Source: Neophaeotheca triangularis
Lineage: Eukaryota
Reading direction: 5' to 3'
Assembly (NCBI GenBank): GCA_054600435.1
Contig: BAAIJX010000061.1
Span: 62,001 to 123,630, forward strand
DNA length: 61,630 bases
Shown here: in pieces, positions 59,288 through 61,630 of the stretch
Layout of the letters: every line of letters starts with the position of its first letter
Numbering within the stretch: the stretch's first letter is position 1
Program-made: the position numbers and the translations under genes
Notes under the pieces: model-generated
Seen by the model: only the letters and a program-made list of their open reading frames with translations
Databases searched by the model: none
What the model was told of the DNA's origin: nothing

Positions 59288-61611
59288 ATGTCCGCAATCG
59301 CCATCGAACGCGCTCAAACGATCATCGAGCCTCCACCGCCAGGCTCCCCTTACTCGGTCCCCCTCCCAGGAAGCGAGCAAGCAGGTCGCAGCGCAGTCTA
59401 CAGACACTGGCGTCAAAAGGACAGCCTCCTCACCACCCTCGACGCCGACGTCAAGAGCGCCCACGACTTCTTCGAGCAATCCGCCAACCGTAACCCCACC
59501 CAGAAATGCTTGGGCCACCGTCCCTACGACGCGCAGACTCAGACCTGGGGTGGCTATGTCTGGGAGACGTACGGAGAGATTCAAAAGAGGAGGGCCAACT
59601 TTGGTGCCGGGTTGAAGCAGATTCATGAAGCCGTCGGGGTCAATGGCAGTCAGTACGGCGTGGGTTTGTGGTGTCAGAACCGTCCCGAGTGGCAAATCAC
59701 CGATTTGGCTTGCATGTCGCAGTCGCTGTATTCTGTCTCCATCTACGATACCCTGGGCCCGGATACGACCGAATACATCATCAACCACAGCGCGTTGACT
59801 TGTGTGGCCACTTCGCTACCGCACATTCCGACCTTGCTCAAGTTGGCGCCCAAGTGTCCCTCTCTCAAGCTCATCGTCTCCCTCGACCCGCTTAGCAACG
59901 GCACTGAATTGCCGGGGACTTCCAAAGCGGACCTCCTCAACGCCATGGCTGCAGAGGCTGGTATTCAAATCCACTACCTCCGCGACGTCGAGGCAATGGG
60001 AGAGCATTCCCCTCGTCCTTACCACGCCCCTAAGCCTTCCGACACCGTCACCATCAACTACACCTCCGGCACGACGGGCCCACCCAAAGGCGTCGTCCTC
60101 ACCCACGCCAACGCCGTAGCTGCCGCTTCCGCCTCCCTCTGCATCTGTCGCCAGTCCAAGAACGACATGGTCTGCTCCTACCTTCCACTTGCACACATCT
60201 TCCAACGCGTGACCGAAGGCTCCGCTCTCTGGGCCGGCAGCAGCATCGGCTACTTCCATGGCTCCATCCTAGAACTCGTCGACGACCTCAAACTCCTCCG
60301 CCCCACCGCCTTCACCTCCGTCCCCCGCCTCTACAATCGCTTCGGCGGCGCCATCAAAGCCTCCACGATCGAAGCCCCTGGTTTCAAAGGCTCCCTCTCC
60401 CGCCACATTGTCAACACCAAAAAGGCCAACATGGCCCTACCCCCTGGCAAAGCCTCCAACACCCACCTCCTCTACGACCGCATCTGGTCACGCAAAGTCG
60501 CCGCCGCCCTGGGTCTCGACCGCGCACAAACCATGATATCGGGCTCCGCACCCCTCGACCCCTCCCTCCAAACCTTCCTCCGCGCCACTTTCGCAAACAA
60601 CATCTACCAAGGCTACGGCCTAACGGAAACCTACGCCATTGGCACAGCCCAACTCGAAGCCGACTTCAGCACAGGCAACTGCGGCGCCGCCTCGCCAGCT
60701 TCCGAACTCTGCCTCGCCGACGTCCCAGACATGGAATACCTCTCCACCGACCGCCCACATCCCCGGGGCGAGCTCATGATCCGGGGCCCGACAGTCTTCA
60801 CGGGCTACTTCAAGAACCCCGACGAAAGCGCCAAAGTCATCACGGAAGACGGCTGGTTCCGCACCGGCGACATCTGCAGCATCGACGAAGCCGGTCGTTT
60901 CAAAATCATCGACCGCCGCAAAAACGTCCTCAAGCTCGCCCAGGGCGAGTACATCTCCCCCGAACGCATCGAAAACGTCTACCTCGGCAACCTTCCCTGG
61001 CTAGCCCAGGGCTACGTGCACGGCGACAGCAGCCGGGCAACCCTCGTAGGCATTTTCGGCATACAACCCGATCTATTCGCTTCGTTTCTGGACAAGAACG
61101 CGGGCATCAAAGTCGAAGCGACGGACCTAAAGGCTTTGGAGGCGGCGGCGCGCGATGCCAAAGTGCAGAAGTTGGCGCTTAAAGAGATGCGCAAGACGGG
61201 GCTCAAGGCAAAGTTCAATTCTTGGGAGCATGTCAAGGCCGTTAGGTTGAGGTTGGAGCCCTTTTCTATCGATAATGAGTTGTTGACGCCGACGTGAGTA
61301 TTCTCCCTTACCCCTGTTTATCCCCCTCCCCCCCCCCCACCCCTCCTCCTTTCTAGCGTCACTCTGTTTTCCGAAGACGAGATGGCGCGTCTGGCCTTGC
61401 TTCTTTTTTTTCCCCCCCTTTTTTTGGTTCTTCCGCTCCTTTCGCCGCAATGGTTTTTGGCAAAAATTGGACTTTTGACAGCTAACCTGTGAGGCGACGA
61501 TGCAGTCTCAAGCTCAAGCGCCCGCAAACGGCCAAAATGTACCGCGGCCTCATTGACGAAATGTACGCCGAGTTGGATGCTGAGGAGGCTAAGCCTAAGG
61601 CGAGGTTGTAG
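59288..61611 (+). CDS. Long-chain fatty acyl-CoA synthetase (ACSL/Faa2-like), peroxisomal PTS1 (-ARL); intron 61294-61505
   Basis: AMP-binding motif INYTSGTTGPPKG, SYLPLAHIF, QGYGLTET, GWFRTGD, IIDRRKNVLKLAQGEYISPE. The last exon reads LLTPT|LKLKR...KPKARL*. Confidence 0.93.
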
Positions 61612-61630
61612 TTGCTTTGTGCTGGGGGGG

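Overview
This is a gene-dense, GC-balanced window from a filamentous ascomycete (Pezizomycotina, probably Dothideomycetes; the taxon is inferred from protein style and short GT-AG introns with CTRAC branch sites). The conserved genes are the 3' end of ERD2, an EDC4/Pdc1-like decapping scaffold, QCR10, TRS130, SSU1, a GH93 exo-arabinanase, an MFSD5/MOT2-type transporter, a METTL24-like methyltransferase, BOR1, SPC97/GCP2, PUP2, MET17/cysD, an Ebp1-like protein, XRCC4, byr4/BFA1 and a PTS1-bearing long-chain acyl-CoA synthetase. Three accessory patches stand out. (1) At 6.1-10.0 kb, a HET-domain gene is followed by a convergent pair of small diverged paralogues. (2) At 15.9-18.2 kb, three tandem small ORFs share a ~75-aa domain I do not recognise. 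(3) At ~24.6-29.4 kb, a decayed island of stop- and frameshift-bearing gene remnants (one GIY-YIG-like) contains a ~300-nt, highly self-complementary minus-strand element with Pol III A and B boxes and oligo-T tracts that is not a canonical tRNA. All calls come from reading the sequence; no database searches were run.
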